A stretch of DNA of 64,000 bases from an uncultured delta proteobacterium. Lineage in GTDB: Bacteria; Myxococcota_A; Polyangia; Polyangiales; Polyangiaceae. The notes beneath the pieces are model-generated. The model ran no database searches. It had not been told where the DNA came from and saw only the letters and a list, made by a program, of their open reading frames with translations. This document shows, one piece after another, positions 1 to 11,331 of the stretch. A program made the position numbers and the translations under genes. The DNA lies in the NCBI GenBank assembly GCA_963782055.1, contig CAWAIF010000003.1, positions 768,001-832,000 on the forward strand, written 5' to 3'. How positions within the stretch are numbered: the stretch's first letter is position 1; each line of letters opens with the position of its first letter.

Positions 1-300
1 GAGATGTCAAGCGGCGCCGTGGCGGTCCCCGGCGCTTCGTGCGCACCTGCGAGCACACCGGCGCACTCATTTTCAGGGGGATTGGGGATCGAGCACCCCC
101 CTTCCGCGTAAGAACCCAAGGAGAGGATGGCGGCGGTGTTCCAGAAGCTCAGGCGTTCCACGCAGCCGTCCTTTTTCGGGAACTTTTGTTCGAGCGGTCT
201 GTCCTCTCCTCTGTCCGGTCGAGCTGGCATGGGGAGCGGACCTCACGAGGAACTGAAGGCACGGGCCCCGGCGCTGTGCCATTCTTGGGGAGCCATCTGA

Positions 301-810
301 ATGGACCTGCGTGCCCTGAACGTCGTGCTCGTGCTCATCATCGGCGGCCTGTTCCTCGCGAGCGGCACGCAGCGCGAGAGGTCCGTCCTGGCCGCAGGTC
401 ACGAGGCAGAAGTGAGCGCCCTCGAGAACACCTACGCCGCCCACCCCGACGCGGCCTCGCTCAAGGATCTCGCCCAGTCCTACATGGACGCGAACGCCCC
501 CGGCCTGGCGGTCAACGCCATCGAGTCGGCGCCGCCCGCCCTCCAGGGCGACGCGCGCGTCGAGCACGCCTACGCCCGCGCCCTGCTGGACTCCGGCCGC
601 GCCAACGACGCCCTCGTCGCCGAGCGCAAGGTGCTGGCCTCCTGCGCGACGGACGGGTGCGACACCTGGCTCCTCGCCTCCGCCACCCGCCGGGCGGATA
701 TCCTGGCCGAGCTGGTGCAGCTCGGGATCGAAGACGCGCAGGCTCACCCCGAGGCCAGCGCCCTCGCCTATCACGCCGCCACTCGCGAAGCTCGTCTGGC
801 CATCCAGTGA
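301..810 (+). CDS. Hypothetical exported/membrane-anchored helical (TPR-like) protein, 169 aa
   Basis: GC3-biased ORF; GGGAG upstream; hydrophobic N-terminus; Ala/Leu helical pattern; stop overlaps the next GTG (GTGA). Confidence 0.7.
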   Translation: MDLRALNVVLVLIIGGLFLASGTQRERSVLAAGHEAEVSALENTYAAHPDAASLKDLAQSYMDANAPGLAVNAIESAPPALQGDARVEHAYARALLDSGRANDALVAERKVLASCATDGCDTWLLASATRRADILAELVQLGIEDAQAHPEASALAYHAATREARLAIQ

Positions 811-1631
811 GATCGCCGAGGGTCATCCTCGGCCTGCTGCTGCTCGCGACGGTGGGGTGTGCCCTGCACGAGCACAAGATGGCGGTGCGCCCGGCGGCCA
901 ACGCCATCCCGGACGAGACGGACCCTCAGCGGTACTTCAACCCGCCTTTCCAGCTCGCCGTGCCGGAGGACGCCATCGTGCGGATCGTCGGCCCGGTGAC
1001 CACCTGCTCCGGCACCCTCATCGACGAGGACCTGGTGCTCACCGCGCACCACTGCGTGGTGAAGCTCACCGCCGACGAGCACTACACACGGACCACCCTC
1101 CCGCCGAGCCAGATGCAGGTGGAGCTCGGCGGCGATTACCTGCCGTGGGGCACCGTCGCGGTGCGCGAGATCGTCACCCCGCCCTGCGGGGAGTCGGGCG
1201 GCGCGGGCGATCTGGCGGTGCTGGTGCTCGACCACAAGCTGATCGGCATCGTCCCCTACACGGTGCGGCTGGACCAGGCGCCGCTGCGCGGGCAGACGGT
1301 GGACCCGGCGGGCTTCGGCCGGTGCGCGCTCTCCGCCGATGGCATCCACCGTGAGGTGCGCGCCGGCGGCCGCATCCGCGCTCTCACCAAGGACACCATC
1401 GGCGTCGTCGCCTCGGTGTGTCCGGGCGACTCCGGCGGCCCGGTCTTCCTGCGCGGCAGCCACGAGATCGTCGGCGTCGTCAGCCTGAGCGCGATGGACG
1501 GCGACGAACACACGCGCAGCCCCTCGATCATGGCGCGCGTGGACGCCTTCCGGTCGCTCTTCGCCGAGGCGCGCCTCATCGCCGACGGCCAGAACAAGGC
1601 CGAGCTCCCGCCGCTCTCCTGCAACAGGTAA
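807..1631 (+). CDS. Trypsin-like S1 serine protease, lipoprotein
   Basis: GTG start overlapping the upstream stop; lipobox LATVGC; motifs CSGTLI..LTAHHC, DLAVL, GDSGGP (His/Asp/Ser triad). Confidence 0.88.
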   Translation: MRSPRVILGLLLLATVGCALHEHKMAVRPAANAIPDETDPQRYFNPPFQLAVPEDAIVRIVGPVTTCSGTLIDEDLVLTAHHCVVKLTADEHYTRTTLPPSQMQVELGGDYLPWGTVAVREIVTPPCGESGGAGDLAVLVLDHKLIGIVPYTVRLDQAPLRGQTVDPAGFGRCALSADGIHREVRAGGRIRALTKDTIGVVASVCPGDSGGPVFLRGSHEIVGVVSLSAMDGDEHTRSPSIMARVDAFRSLFAEARLIADGQNKAELPPLSCNR

Positions 1632-1709
1632 AACGCGAGCCCCCGGCCCCGCATCCATCCTTTTGGGGTATGAACTCCCCTCCCGGATCGTTCGGGGAGC
1701 GAGGGCAAG

Positions 1710-3542
<1,833 letters not shown>

Positions 3543-3547
3543 GTCGC

Positions 3548-3991
3548 CTAGCGGACGGCGGAGTCCAGCAGGATGGTCACCGGACCATCGTTGACGGCGT
3601 CCACCATCATGTGCGCGGCGAAGCGGCCGGTCTCCACGCGCACCTGCGCGCGCGCGTCGCGCACGAAGGCCTCGTAGGCGGCCTCCGCCTCGGCGGGCGG
3701 CATCGCCGCGTCGAAGCTGGGGCGCTTGCCGCGACGCAGATCGCCGTAGAGGGTGAACTGGCTGACGACCAGGAGAGCGCCGGCGACGTCGACCACGCTG
3801 CGGTCCATCTTGCCCTGGTCGTTCGGGAAGATGCGCATCCCGAGCACCTTGCCGACCATCCAGGCGCGCTCGGCGTCGCCGTCGCCCTTTCCCACGCCGA
3901 GGTAGACGAGCAGGCCCCTCTCGATGACGCCGGTCTCGTCGCCGTCCACCGTCACGCGCGCGCGCGACACACGCTGGACGACCGCCCTCAC
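3548..3991 (-). CDS. dtd: D-aminoacyl-tRNA deacylase
   Basis: MRAVVQRV, SQFTL, RPSF, NDGPVT motifs. Confidence 0.96.
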   Translation of the reverse strand: MRAVVQRVSRARVTVDGDETGVIERGLLVYLGVGKGDGDAERAWMVGKVLGMRIFPNDQGKMDRSVVDVAGALLVVSQFTLYGDLRRGKRPSFDAAMPPAEAEAAYEAFVRDARAQVRVETGRFAAHMMVDAVNDGPVTILLDSAVR

Positions 3992-4025
3992 GCCTGTTCA
4001 CCCCGGGGCGGCACGCGCCGCCCCG

Positions 4026-4050
4026 CCCCGAGAAACGCGGCTTCTCGGGG
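4026..4050. terminator. Intergenic hairpin, possible terminator
   Basis: CCCCGAGAA-N7-TTCTCGGGG, perfect 9-bp stem between the Cys-rich gene and dtd; no clear U-tract. Confidence 0.35.
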
Positions 4051-4111
4051 CCCCCACCCCACGCGGGCGCGACTTCGTCGCGCGACTTCGACGCGTGAGC
4101 AGCTCACGATC

Positions 4112-4522
4112 TCACCCGAGCTCCCGCGCCAGCTTCGCGGTGACGGCGAAGTACGTCTGGCGATCGTACGGCTCGTTCAGGATGTGGAAGTCCTTGCGGG
4201 CGAGGCCCACGCACCCGAAGGCGTAGTTGCACCCGCTGCAGCCGACGCAGCGGACGAGGTACGCGCTCTGCGTGCAGCGCTCGCAGTCCTCGCAGTGCGA
4301 ACAGCTCATGCAGCCGCGGCAGCCGGCGCAGTGCGAGCACTCGGTGCAGTCGTCACACCGGGTGCAGTAGTGGCAGCGGGCGATCTGCTTGCAGTCTGCA
4401 CAGAACGTGCAGTCCTGCGCGCGCTCGCACCGCTCGCAGCCGATGCAGCCGTGGCTCTCCACCCCCCGCCCGGCGGACGACAGGAGCTTGCGAAAAGCGG
4501 CCTCGAACTCGCTTCGGGTCAT
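4112..4522 (-). CDS. Cys-rich xxC-repeat protein (family often labelled 'caib/baif family protein')
   Basis: 22 Cys, mostly every third residue, ending in CNYAFGCVGL..K.FHILN..Y; start taken at MTRSEF. Confidence 0.8.
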   Translation of the reverse strand: MTRSEFEAAFRKLLSSAGRGVESHGCIGCERCERAQDCTFCADCKQIARCHYCTRCDDCTECSHCAGCRGCMSCSHCEDCERCTQSAYLVRCVGCSGCNYAFGCVGLARKDFHILNEPYDRQTYFAVTAKLARELG

Positions 4523-4607
4523 GGGTTCCGGAGGGTGCCAGCCCCCCGGGCGGCGCGAAAACACAAAAAGTTGGCCCGGGTATGTCGATGTAGGCATTTG
4601 TGGGGTC

Positions 4608-5708
4608 ATGAAGGCCGCAACTCCCCCCGCCCTCTTGATTGGCTCCCTCCTGATCGCCTCCACCGCGCTCGCGAAGCCGGCGGAGCACGCGCACAGGTCC
4701 AGGCACCACCATCGCCACCACACGACCGCCATGCACACGACGCAGGTGCACTCCAAGGACGACTCCCGACCCGGGCGCGCCGACCTGCCGCCGCTCGTGT
4801 CCCATCACGCCGGCGCCGCGCACTCCCACGTCGCCGAGCACCGCGACGCGCACGAGGGCTCTGCGAAGGACGCGGACCACGACGCCTCACCCTCTCGCGA
4901 CCGGAAGAAGGACGGGAAGAAGAAGACGTCTGCGCCGGCGAGGGAGGTCGGGCATCACGCCAAGGCCCACGGCAAGCACCACCACAAGAAGAAGGCGAAG
5001 CCGAAGCCGCCCTGCCTGCGCGATCCCATCACCCTGACGCGCGGGATCGAGCAGGAGCGCTTCTCGCTGACGAAGTGCGACGGCGCGGTCGCGCCACTGG
5101 CGGTGGACCACATCTCCATGCTCGCGCGCCCCGGCAGCATGCTGCGGCCGGACAGGAGCTTCGCCCAGCTGGCGAAGAAGCAGGGGCCGTTCCTCGCGCC
5201 GGGGATCAAGCGGATGAACCCGGGGCTGCCGGTGCGCCTGCAGGCGGTCGTCGACCACTTCGCCAGGAAGGGCAAGCCGGTGACGCTGCACCTCATCTCC
5301 GGCTACCGCCCGCAGAGCCACGGCAGCTACCACGCCAAGGCGAGCGCCATGGACTTCAACATGGAGGGTGTCAGCAACGAGGCGCTGGTCGCCTTCTGCA
5401 AGACGCTCGACGACACCGGGTGCGGCTACTACCCCAACTCCACGTTCATCCACATGGACGTGAGGCCGACGGGCACCGGTCACGTGGCGTGGATCGACGC
5501 GAGCGGCCCGGGCGAGCGGCCTCACTACGTGGCGTCGTGGCCGCCGCCGCCGGAGCCCAAGCCGACGGAGCTGGGCGACCGGCTCGCCAAGATCCTGCCG
5601 GGCGTGCCTGTCGACTCGCATCCCGCCGAGGTGATGGGCGGCGCCGTCCCGCCGCCTCCCGCCGCCCCGCTCCCGGGCGACGTCGAAGGTCTAGAGACCG
5701 CCCTCTGA
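4608..5708 (+). CDS. YcbK/DUF882 (peptidase M15-type) protein with His-rich N-terminal region, copy 1
   Basis: Signal peptide; ISGYRP..SYHAKASAMDF..GYYPNSTFIHMDVR motifs. Confidence 0.85.
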   Translation: MKAATPPALLIGSLLIASTALAKPAEHAHRSRHHHRHHTTAMHTTQVHSKDDSRPGRADLPPLVSHHAGAAHSHVAEHRDAHEGSAKDADHDASPSRDRKKDGKKKTSAPAREVGHHAKAHGKHHHKKKAKPKPPCLRDPITLTRGIEQERFSLTKCDGAVAPLAVDHISMLARPGSMLRPDRSFAQLAKKQGPFLAPGIKRMNPGLPVRLQAVVDHFARKGKPVTLHLISGYRPQSHGSYHAKASAMDFNMEGVSNEALVAFCKTLDDTGCGYYPNSTFIHMDVRPTGTGHVAWIDASGPGERPHYVASWPPPPEPKPTELGDRLAKILPGVPVDSHPAEVMGGAVPPPPAAPLPGDVEGLETAL

Positions 5709-5794
5709 CCCCTCCCCATCCCCCCCTCTCCACGAAGTGGAGAGGGGGTTGGGGGGTGAGGGGGTTGGGGGGTGAGGCGGTTGGGGGGGTGAGG
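5709..5794. repeat. REP-like palindrome plus 3 tandem ~16-bp G-rich units
   Basis: CCCCCTCTCCAC-GAA-GTGGAGAGGGGG hairpin (5722-5748), then GGTTGGGGGGTGAGG x3, between convergent genes. Confidence 0.75.
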
Positions 5795-6262
5795 TCACGT
5801 GACGCCGGGCTTCTCCAGGAGAGCGGCGACAGCCTGGCGGACGTCGTCGACGTGACGGTCGATGAGGATCTCGTGGTGGAAGACGTGCCGCACGATGCCT
5901 CCGGCGTCGACGATGAAGGTGACGCGCTTGGGGACGGAGAAGAGCGGCCAGAGCACGCCGCAGCTCCGCGCGATGGTGCCGCCCTCGTCGCCGACGAGCG
6001 GGAAGGGGACGCCGGTCCACTCGGCGAACTCGCACTGCTTGTCGTGTGGATCGGGCGAGATGCCGATGACCTCCACGCCCATCTCGGCGAGGTCGGGGTA
6101 CTCGTCGCGGAAGCCCTTCGTCTCGCGGGTGCAGCCGGGGGTGAACGCCTTCGGAAAGAAGTAGACGACGAAGGGGCGGCCCCGCAGCTCGGCCGTGGAG
6201 ATGGTGCGACCCTCGGTGGTGCGCGCCTTGAATGCTGGGATGGGGTCGCCGATTCGAATCAA
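5795..6262 (-). CDS. bcp: Peroxiredoxin (BCP/PrxQ family), copy 1
   Basis: YFFPKAFTPGCTRE peroxidatic motif; TTG start with GGAG upstream. Confidence 0.88.
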   Translation of the reverse strand: MIRIGDPIPAFKARTTEGRTISTAELRGRPFVVYFFPKAFTPGCTRETKGFRDEYPDLAEMGVEVIGISPDPHDKQCEFAEWTGVPFPLVGDEGGTIARSCGVLWPLFSVPKRVTFIVDAGGIVRHVFHHEILIDRHVDDVRQAVAALLEKPGVT

Positions 6263-6390
6263 CGCTACTCCCGATGGATGCTCCGGACGGGCTCCCAGTT
6301 GCAGCCCGCGTGCTGCGCCTGGGCCCAAGGGATCCGGAGGTCCACCCCGCATTGTCGCTCGCCCGGCGGATTCCGGCCATAATGGTCTTC

Positions 6391-6897
6391 GTGACCGAGG
6401 CGAATCCGGACGCGGCCCCCGAGGATCAGGTCGAGCTGGCCGGCGCGCGACCCGACGAGACGGGGGCGCAACCCGCCGAGCCCGGCGCGCAGCCGGCCGA
6501 GAGTGGGACGTCGTCCGACGGCGAGGAGGAGGGCGCACTCGAGGAGCACGCCGAGGAGCCTGAGCCGTCCGGCGACGCCATCCTGGACGCCCTGTGGACC
6601 AAGACGCTCCAGAGCTGGGAGGACGACAAGCCCCACGCCGCGCTGCTGGAGTACGCGATTCGTCAGGAGCGGCTGCCCGACCTCGCCGGCCTCTACCGCG
6701 GCCTGCGCGACGACCCGCAGAGGGGCGAGCTGGCGAAGAAGAAGCTGGACGGCATCGTGGTGGCGGCCACCCAGATGCTCTTCGCGATGAAGACGCCGCG
6801 CCCCACCAAGACGCCCTTCTGGATGCTGGCGAGCGCCTTCGCGACGTGTGCCATCCTGCTCGGCTGGCTGGCGTACGCGATCCTCCGGCCTCAGTAG
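6391..6897 (+). CDS. Hypothetical protein with acidic N-terminus and C-terminal TM helix, copy 1
   Basis: Conserved with copy 2; GTG start 7 nt after a CATAAT conserved in both copies. Confidence 0.75.
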   Translation: MTEANPDAAPEDQVELAGARPDETGAQPAEPGAQPAESGTSSDGEEEGALEEHAEEPEPSGDAILDALWTKTLQSWEDDKPHAALLEYAIRQERLPDLAGLYRGLRDDPQRGELAKKKLDGIVVAATQMLFAMKTPRPTKTPFWMLASAFATCAILLGWLAYAILRPQ

Positions 6898-8534
6898 CCG
6901 GTGGACTTCGGCGCGGGGTCGTTGCTCTTGGTGATGCCGTGGGCGAGGACGTACGCCTCGAACTGCGTCGACTCCTGATCGAGCGCGTCGATCAGCGCGG
7001 CGACGGCGTCGACGGCCGCGTCGGCGGAGGCACCCTTCAGGTTGGCGGTGCGGTTCTGGGCGTCGTAGAGCTCGGCGCAGACGTAGTGGAAGATGTCCTG
7101 CTGCGCGCGCCAGTCGAGCTCGCTCTTGGGCACGATGCCGGAGAACGCCGACTCCACCGCGGCCACCAGCTCGGGGTGCTTGTCGCGCAGGTAGTCGGTC
7201 GCGAGGACCTTGAGCGTCGACATGTCGGGGTACTCCTGCATGTCGGCGCCGTTGTTGAGGACGTCGGCGTAGGACGGATCGCCCGGCCGGAGCTGGTTGC
7301 CCACGATGACCTGGCCGGTGATGGGGTCGCCGGCGGAGTCCTTCTGCCCGGGCCGCGCGAGGGCGCGGACGACCAGGCCGTAGAACTGCGCGCTCGTCAT
7401 GTTGTAGCCCCAGCCGAGGGTGGGCCAGCCGAAGGCCATGCCGCGGTAGTCCTCGATCGCCATGACGGCGTACCAGTCGGTGATCGCCGAGCGGCCCGTG
7501 GGCGAGAGCTGCGAGGCGCGCGCGGGGTCCGACTTCGCCAGCAGGTCCATCATGGTGCGGGCGTAGATCGCGTCGTCCGACGCGGGCATCGCGCCCATGT
7601 CCAGGAGCTGCCGGCCGAAGGTGCTGGCGAGGGGGCCGTGGAGCGGCGTCTGCATCGCGACCACGCCGATGCGCTCGGCGCGCGCCGGGCGGTCGGTGAT
7701 GAAGTACGCCATCGAGTCGCTGGTGATGGGCAGGCGCACCGAGCGTCCGGCGGCCGTCGAGAAGTACATGGAGAAGGTGGAGATGGCGAGGCCGGCAAGG
7801 CTCGGGTCCTTCAGGTTCGCCGTGATGGCGCTCGTGAACTTCTTCTCCTTCGTCAGCCGGTGCGGCGTCGTCCTGAGGTGGTCGACGGCGGTCACGATGC
7901 TCGCGAAGGCGGCGTTGCGCTCCGACCAGGTGCTGCCCTTGAGGTACTTGTACTGCCAGGAGCCGTGCTTGTAGAGCTCGCACGTGTGCAGCCACGCGCC
8001 GACCTTGCTCGCGTGGAAGATGGTGTACGACTCGCGGTCCTGCTGCGCCGCGGGCGCGAGCTCCTCCAGCAGGAAGGAGCGGAAGGGGCGATCGCCCGGG
8101 AGCTTCAGGGTGATCGGCTTCTTCGCGTAGTAGTCGCGCTTGAGGTGGATGGTGTGGCCAAAGGCCGTGCCCTCGATGACGTCGTCGCTCGGGTACCAGC
8201 TGTTGGCCTCGATCGCGAGGGAGCTGGATCCCTCGGTGAGGGTGTCGCCGCTGCGCGTGAGCGCGTGGTCGGAGCCGTCGACCAGGTCGAGGCGGATGCC
8301 CGCCGCGGGCCAGGACTCGATCATGGAGTCGCCCGTCTGCTTCTGACCGTCGACCGTGGTGATCCACAGGCCGTTCAGATCGTCGTCGCCGAGGGAGAGG
8401 CCCTCGTAGGTCTCGTCGGAGGTGTCCTCGGTGGTGGCGGCGCTGCAGCCGGTGAGGGCGGACTGCGCCAGCAGGGCGAGGGCGGGGAGCAGGAAGAGGC
8501 CGAGGTAGGGGCGATTTTTCACGGGGAAATCCAT
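6891..8534 (-). CDS. Hypothetical lipoprotein, 547 aa, copy 1
   Basis: Lipobox ALTGC; long GC3-biased ORF; mainly synonymous differences from copy 2. Confidence 0.85.
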   Translation of the reverse strand: MDFPVKNRPYLGLFLLPALALLAQSALTGCSAATTEDTSDETYEGLSLGDDDLNGLWITTVDGQKQTGDSMIESWPAAGIRLDLVDGSDHALTRSGDTLTEGSSSLAIEANSWYPSDDVIEGTAFGHTIHLKRDYYAKKPITLKLPGDRPFRSFLLEELAPAAQQDRESYTIFHASKVGAWLHTCELYKHGSWQYKYLKGSTWSERNAAFASIVTAVDHLRTTPHRLTKEKKFTSAITANLKDPSLAGLAISTFSMYFSTAAGRSVRLPITSDSMAYFITDRPARAERIGVVAMQTPLHGPLASTFGRQLLDMGAMPASDDAIYARTMMDLLAKSDPARASQLSPTGRSAITDWYAVMAIEDYRGMAFGWPTLGWGYNMTSAQFYGLVVRALARPGQKDSAGDPITGQVIVGNQLRPGDPSYADVLNNGADMQEYPDMSTLKVLATDYLRDKHPELVAAVESAFSGIVPKSELDWRAQQDIFHYVCAELYDAQNRTANLKGASADAAVDAVAALIDALDQESTQFEAYVLAHGITKSNDPAPKSTGY

Positions 8535-8571
8535 GGGAGGCGTGGTTGTACGGGGCAGACCTACATCACCT

Positions 8572-8602
8572 TCCCACCGGGGCGCAATGCCCTGGGTGGG
8601 AG
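8572..8602. terminator. Hairpin downstream of the amidohydrolase gene
   Basis: TCCCACCGGGGC..GCCCTGGGTGGGA inverted repeat; copy 2 has a different, shorter hairpin (CCTTCC..GGAAGG). Confidence 0.4.
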
Positions 8603-8613
8603 GGGGGCGGAGG

Positions 8614-10053
8614 CTAGTGGAACGCCCACTCGGGGGCGGCGTCGCAGGAGACGAGCGGGATGGTGGAGGCGACGCCGTCGCTGGCGAAGTCCTGCTGGAT
8701 GTCGGCGAGCGTCTCGCTGCCTCCGCTGATCGGGAGGTTGGTCTCGGTGTCGGCCAGGCTCTTGGGCGCGCCGCACGCGTCGATGGCGGTGTACGCGCGG
8801 TCGTCGCCGATGGCGGAGACGATGTCCGGCGCGCCGTAGAACGCCTGCCCGGAGACGGTGGTGAGCATCACGTCGGCGGGGCCGGCGTCGATGAGGGCGC
8901 GGTAGGGATGGGCGACGTCGCCGCGGACCACGACCAGGTCGGCGAAGAGCCCCTTGCGGATGGATCCGATCTTGTCGTCCATCGCGACGGTCTTCGCAGG
9001 GTTGATCGTCACCATGTCGACGAGCTGGCGGTCGGTGATGAGGCTGCCGAAGCGCTCGCGGTTGACGCGATCGGCGACCTTCAGCTCGCCCAGGACGTTG
9101 GCGCTGCCGGAGGGCGACCAGTCGGGGGCGATGGAGACGGTGATGCCGTCGGCGAGCGCGGTGGGGATGTCGGTCGTCTGCCCGTAGAGCGCCAGGTTGG
9201 AGAGGGGAGACCAGACGATCTTCATGCCGGCCTGACCCATCTTCGCGAGGCGCGGGGCGTCGAGGGCGGTGGCGTGGATGGCGACCACCTGCGGTTTGAC
9301 CAGGCCGATGTCCTCCAGGTGATCGAACTCGGCGCGGGAGGAGTCGTCGACGCCCTCGGCCAGGTGGATGAAGAAGGCCTTCGTCTTGCCGCTCTGGAAC
9401 TGGGCGTTCAGCTTGTCGGCGTCGGCCTGCTTGAGCGCGGTGACCGGGAGCACGTCCTGGCGGATCTCGTCCTTGCAGAAGTTCTTGTACTCCACGTTGC
9501 GCACCCACGAGCGGGTGCAGACCAGGTCGGCGGAGCCCTGGATGGTGGTGGTGCCGCCGGCGAGGGCGCGGAACTCGCCGTACTTCACCGCCTCGCACAT
9601 GTGGTGGGCCTTCTTGACTGCGTTGTATGGCGCCTTCACCGCGGCGGAGTACGCGCTGGCGCGCGCCCACTGGTAGCGGTCGCTCCAGCGCCGGCCGGAG
9701 TTCCAGAAGGGGATGAAGTCGTAGGCGACGTGGTTGTGGAGGTCGATGAGGCCCGGCGCGATGACGCCGCCGGTCTCGATGATCTTCGCGTCGGACGGGA
9801 CATCGGCGACGTCGGTCACCACGCCGGTGATGTGCTCGGCGGAGACGACGACGTACGCGGTCTCGGGGCCGTCGGGCAGCAGGGCGGTGCCGTGAAGGGC
9901 GTAGGTGGGGCCCGCGATGGCGGTGCAGCCGGTCTGGTAGGACGACGACGACTGCGAGTCATCGGCGGTGGTCTCGCCACCTGCCGACGAGCAGGCGGCC
10001 GACGCGAGGCACACCGCGGCCATCAGCGCGGCCGCGCGAACGAACGTACGCAT
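8614..10053 (-). CDS. Amidohydrolase-superfamily lipoprotein, copy 1
   Basis: PGLIDLHNH metal motif, HLAEG, IH, PDW, G.I..G..ADLVV; lipobox SAAC. Confidence 0.88.
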   Translation of the reverse strand: MRTFVRAAALMAAVCLASAACSSAGGETTADDSQSSSSYQTGCTAIAGPTYALHGTALLPDGPETAYVVVSAEHITGVVTDVADVPSDAKIIETGGVIAPGLIDLHNHVAYDFIPFWNSGRRWSDRYQWARASAYSAAVKAPYNAVKKAHHMCEAVKYGEFRALAGGTTTIQGSADLVCTRSWVRNVEYKNFCKDEIRQDVLPVTALKQADADKLNAQFQSGKTKAFFIHLAEGVDDSSRAEFDHLEDIGLVKPQVVAIHATALDAPRLAKMGQAGMKIVWSPLSNLALYGQTTDIPTALADGITVSIAPDWSPSGSANVLGELKVADRVNRERFGSLITDRQLVDMVTINPAKTVAMDDKIGSIRKGLFADLVVVRGDVAHPYRALIDAGPADVMLTTVSGQAFYGAPDIVSAIGDDRAYTAIDACGAPKSLADTETNLPISGGSETLADIQQDFASDGVASTIPLVSCDAAPEWAFH

Positions 10054-10199
10054 CGAGAAGCTCCTTCTTGGGGCGGAACGCGCCGCGCGCCCGGGACCCG
10101 GGGCGGTGCGTTCGTGGAAGTGGCGGCGCGTGTGGCCGCGATGGTTCCGATGTACGCGGCTGTCGTCGGGAAGTTTCCCTCCCGGTGCGCGAGGGGGCG

Positions 10200-10883
10200 C
10201 TACCGTCCTCGCGCCTTCCGACGTGGCGTGCCCGGCGTGACGCGTGGGCGTTCGCCGCTGACCGCTCTTGGTGCCTGCACTGCGCCGCCAGCCATGGCGA
10301 CGCACTCGCGCAAGAGCCGTGCGCTTGCGATGTCGAGGCTGCGGTCGCCGGTCTTCTGCACGAGGTTGTGCACGTGAGTGTCGAGGGTGAGGCGGGAGAT
10401 ACCCATCTCGGCTGCCAGCTCGGAACGCTCCACACCGAGCGCGCTGCGCTCGAGCAGCTGCCGCTCGCGTACGGTGAGCTGGTACTGGCGTGCCCAGCCG
10501 AGCGCCATCTCGAGGATCCCGGCATGCCTCTGCATCGCGCGCCGGGCGAACGCCACGACGTGCTCGGCTCGCGCAGGCTTGGGGAGATACTCAGCGTCCA
10601 GCTCGTAGGCGCGGCGAGCCACATCCGCTCCGTGCGACCCGGTCAGGACCAGAATGGGCATCGTGCGGCCGCGAGCCCGGACCTCCGCGACGAGCTCGAC
10701 ACCATCACCATCGGGGAGACCCGGATCGACGATCACGGCGCACCACGCGTCGTGGCCACCCAGCCGCCTGCGTCCGTCCCGCACAAGACGGCAGTGCGTG
10801 ACGCTACCGTAGGGCCGCAAGAGGCGCGTCAAGGCCGACACGACAAGACCGTCGTCCTCGACGAGGAGGAAGCCCGCACCCAT
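10200..10883 (-). CDS. Response regulator (REC + LuxR-type HTH), intact copy
   Basis: LLVEDD, VD..LPDGDG, ILVLTG, YLPKP receiver motifs; LT.RE..LL..IS..T+..H..NL..K HTH. Confidence 0.85.
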   Translation of the reverse strand: MGAGFLLVEDDGLVVSALTRLLRPYGSVTHCRLVRDGRRRLGGHDAWCAVIVDPGLPDGDGVELVAEVRARGRTMPILVLTGSHGADVARRAYELDAEYLPKPARAEHVVAFARRAMQRHAGILEMALGWARQYQLTVRERQLLERSALGVERSELAAEMGISRLTLDTHVHNLVQKTGDRSLDIASARLLRECVAMAGGAVQAPRAVSGERPRVTPGTPRRKARGR

Positions 10884-10889
10884 GAGGCA

Positions 10890-10919
10890 AGGTTACCCCC
10901 CCCCCGGGACGACCGTCCA
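10890..10919 (-). promoter_or_regulatory. Putative leaderless sigma70 promoter with a G10 tract in the spacer
   Basis: Minus strand TGGACG-N18 (including G10)-TAACCT-N6-ATG; the same in copy 2 (C10 at 21601-21610). Confidence 0.4.
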
Positions 10920-11084
10920 GTCCCGTCGCACAGGCCCCGCAGGGCAAGACGCGGCAGGCGCAGTGGTAGGGCGCCTGGTCGCTGTGCCACCCGCAGTGCT
11001 CCCATAGTCCACTTTCGGGATGGATGTATGAGAGGGCGCATCAAATACGCTGCAACCCGCCATCTGGTGCGTACCGGGCTTGGA

Positions 11085-11300
11085 CGGCGTGGTCGCAGTC
11101 GGCCACGGCCCCAAGACGGGATCGCAGCACTCTCCGACGTAGCCCCGGTCCGCCCCGCCCCGACCTTTGAGGCCGATCCATCTCCTTGGAAGGCGTCGTC
11201 GACGTTGCCGCCGCCTCGTCCCCAGATCCTTCCCCCCGCACGTGGCGGCAGTGAGCAGCAGCCCGCCGGCCGCCGCGGCGAGGAGGGAGAGGAGCAGGGA
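11085..11300 (-). pseudogene. Degenerate paralogue fragment of the adjacent Cys-rich lipoprotein
   Basis: Signal-like LLSLLAAAAGG..CGG and YVGECCDPVLGP shared with 11332-11793; frameshifted, no clear start. Confidence 0.6.
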
Positions 11301-11331
11301 TTTGGAGCGGCTTGCGCGCCTCCAGCTCGGG

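Noticed and set aside
1632..1709. Possible glmS ribozyme upstream of glmS
   Set aside because: Only ~78 nt with one hairpin; no recognisable ribozyme core
5709..5794. CRISPR array
   Set aside because: Short adjacent units without unique spacers; no cas genes
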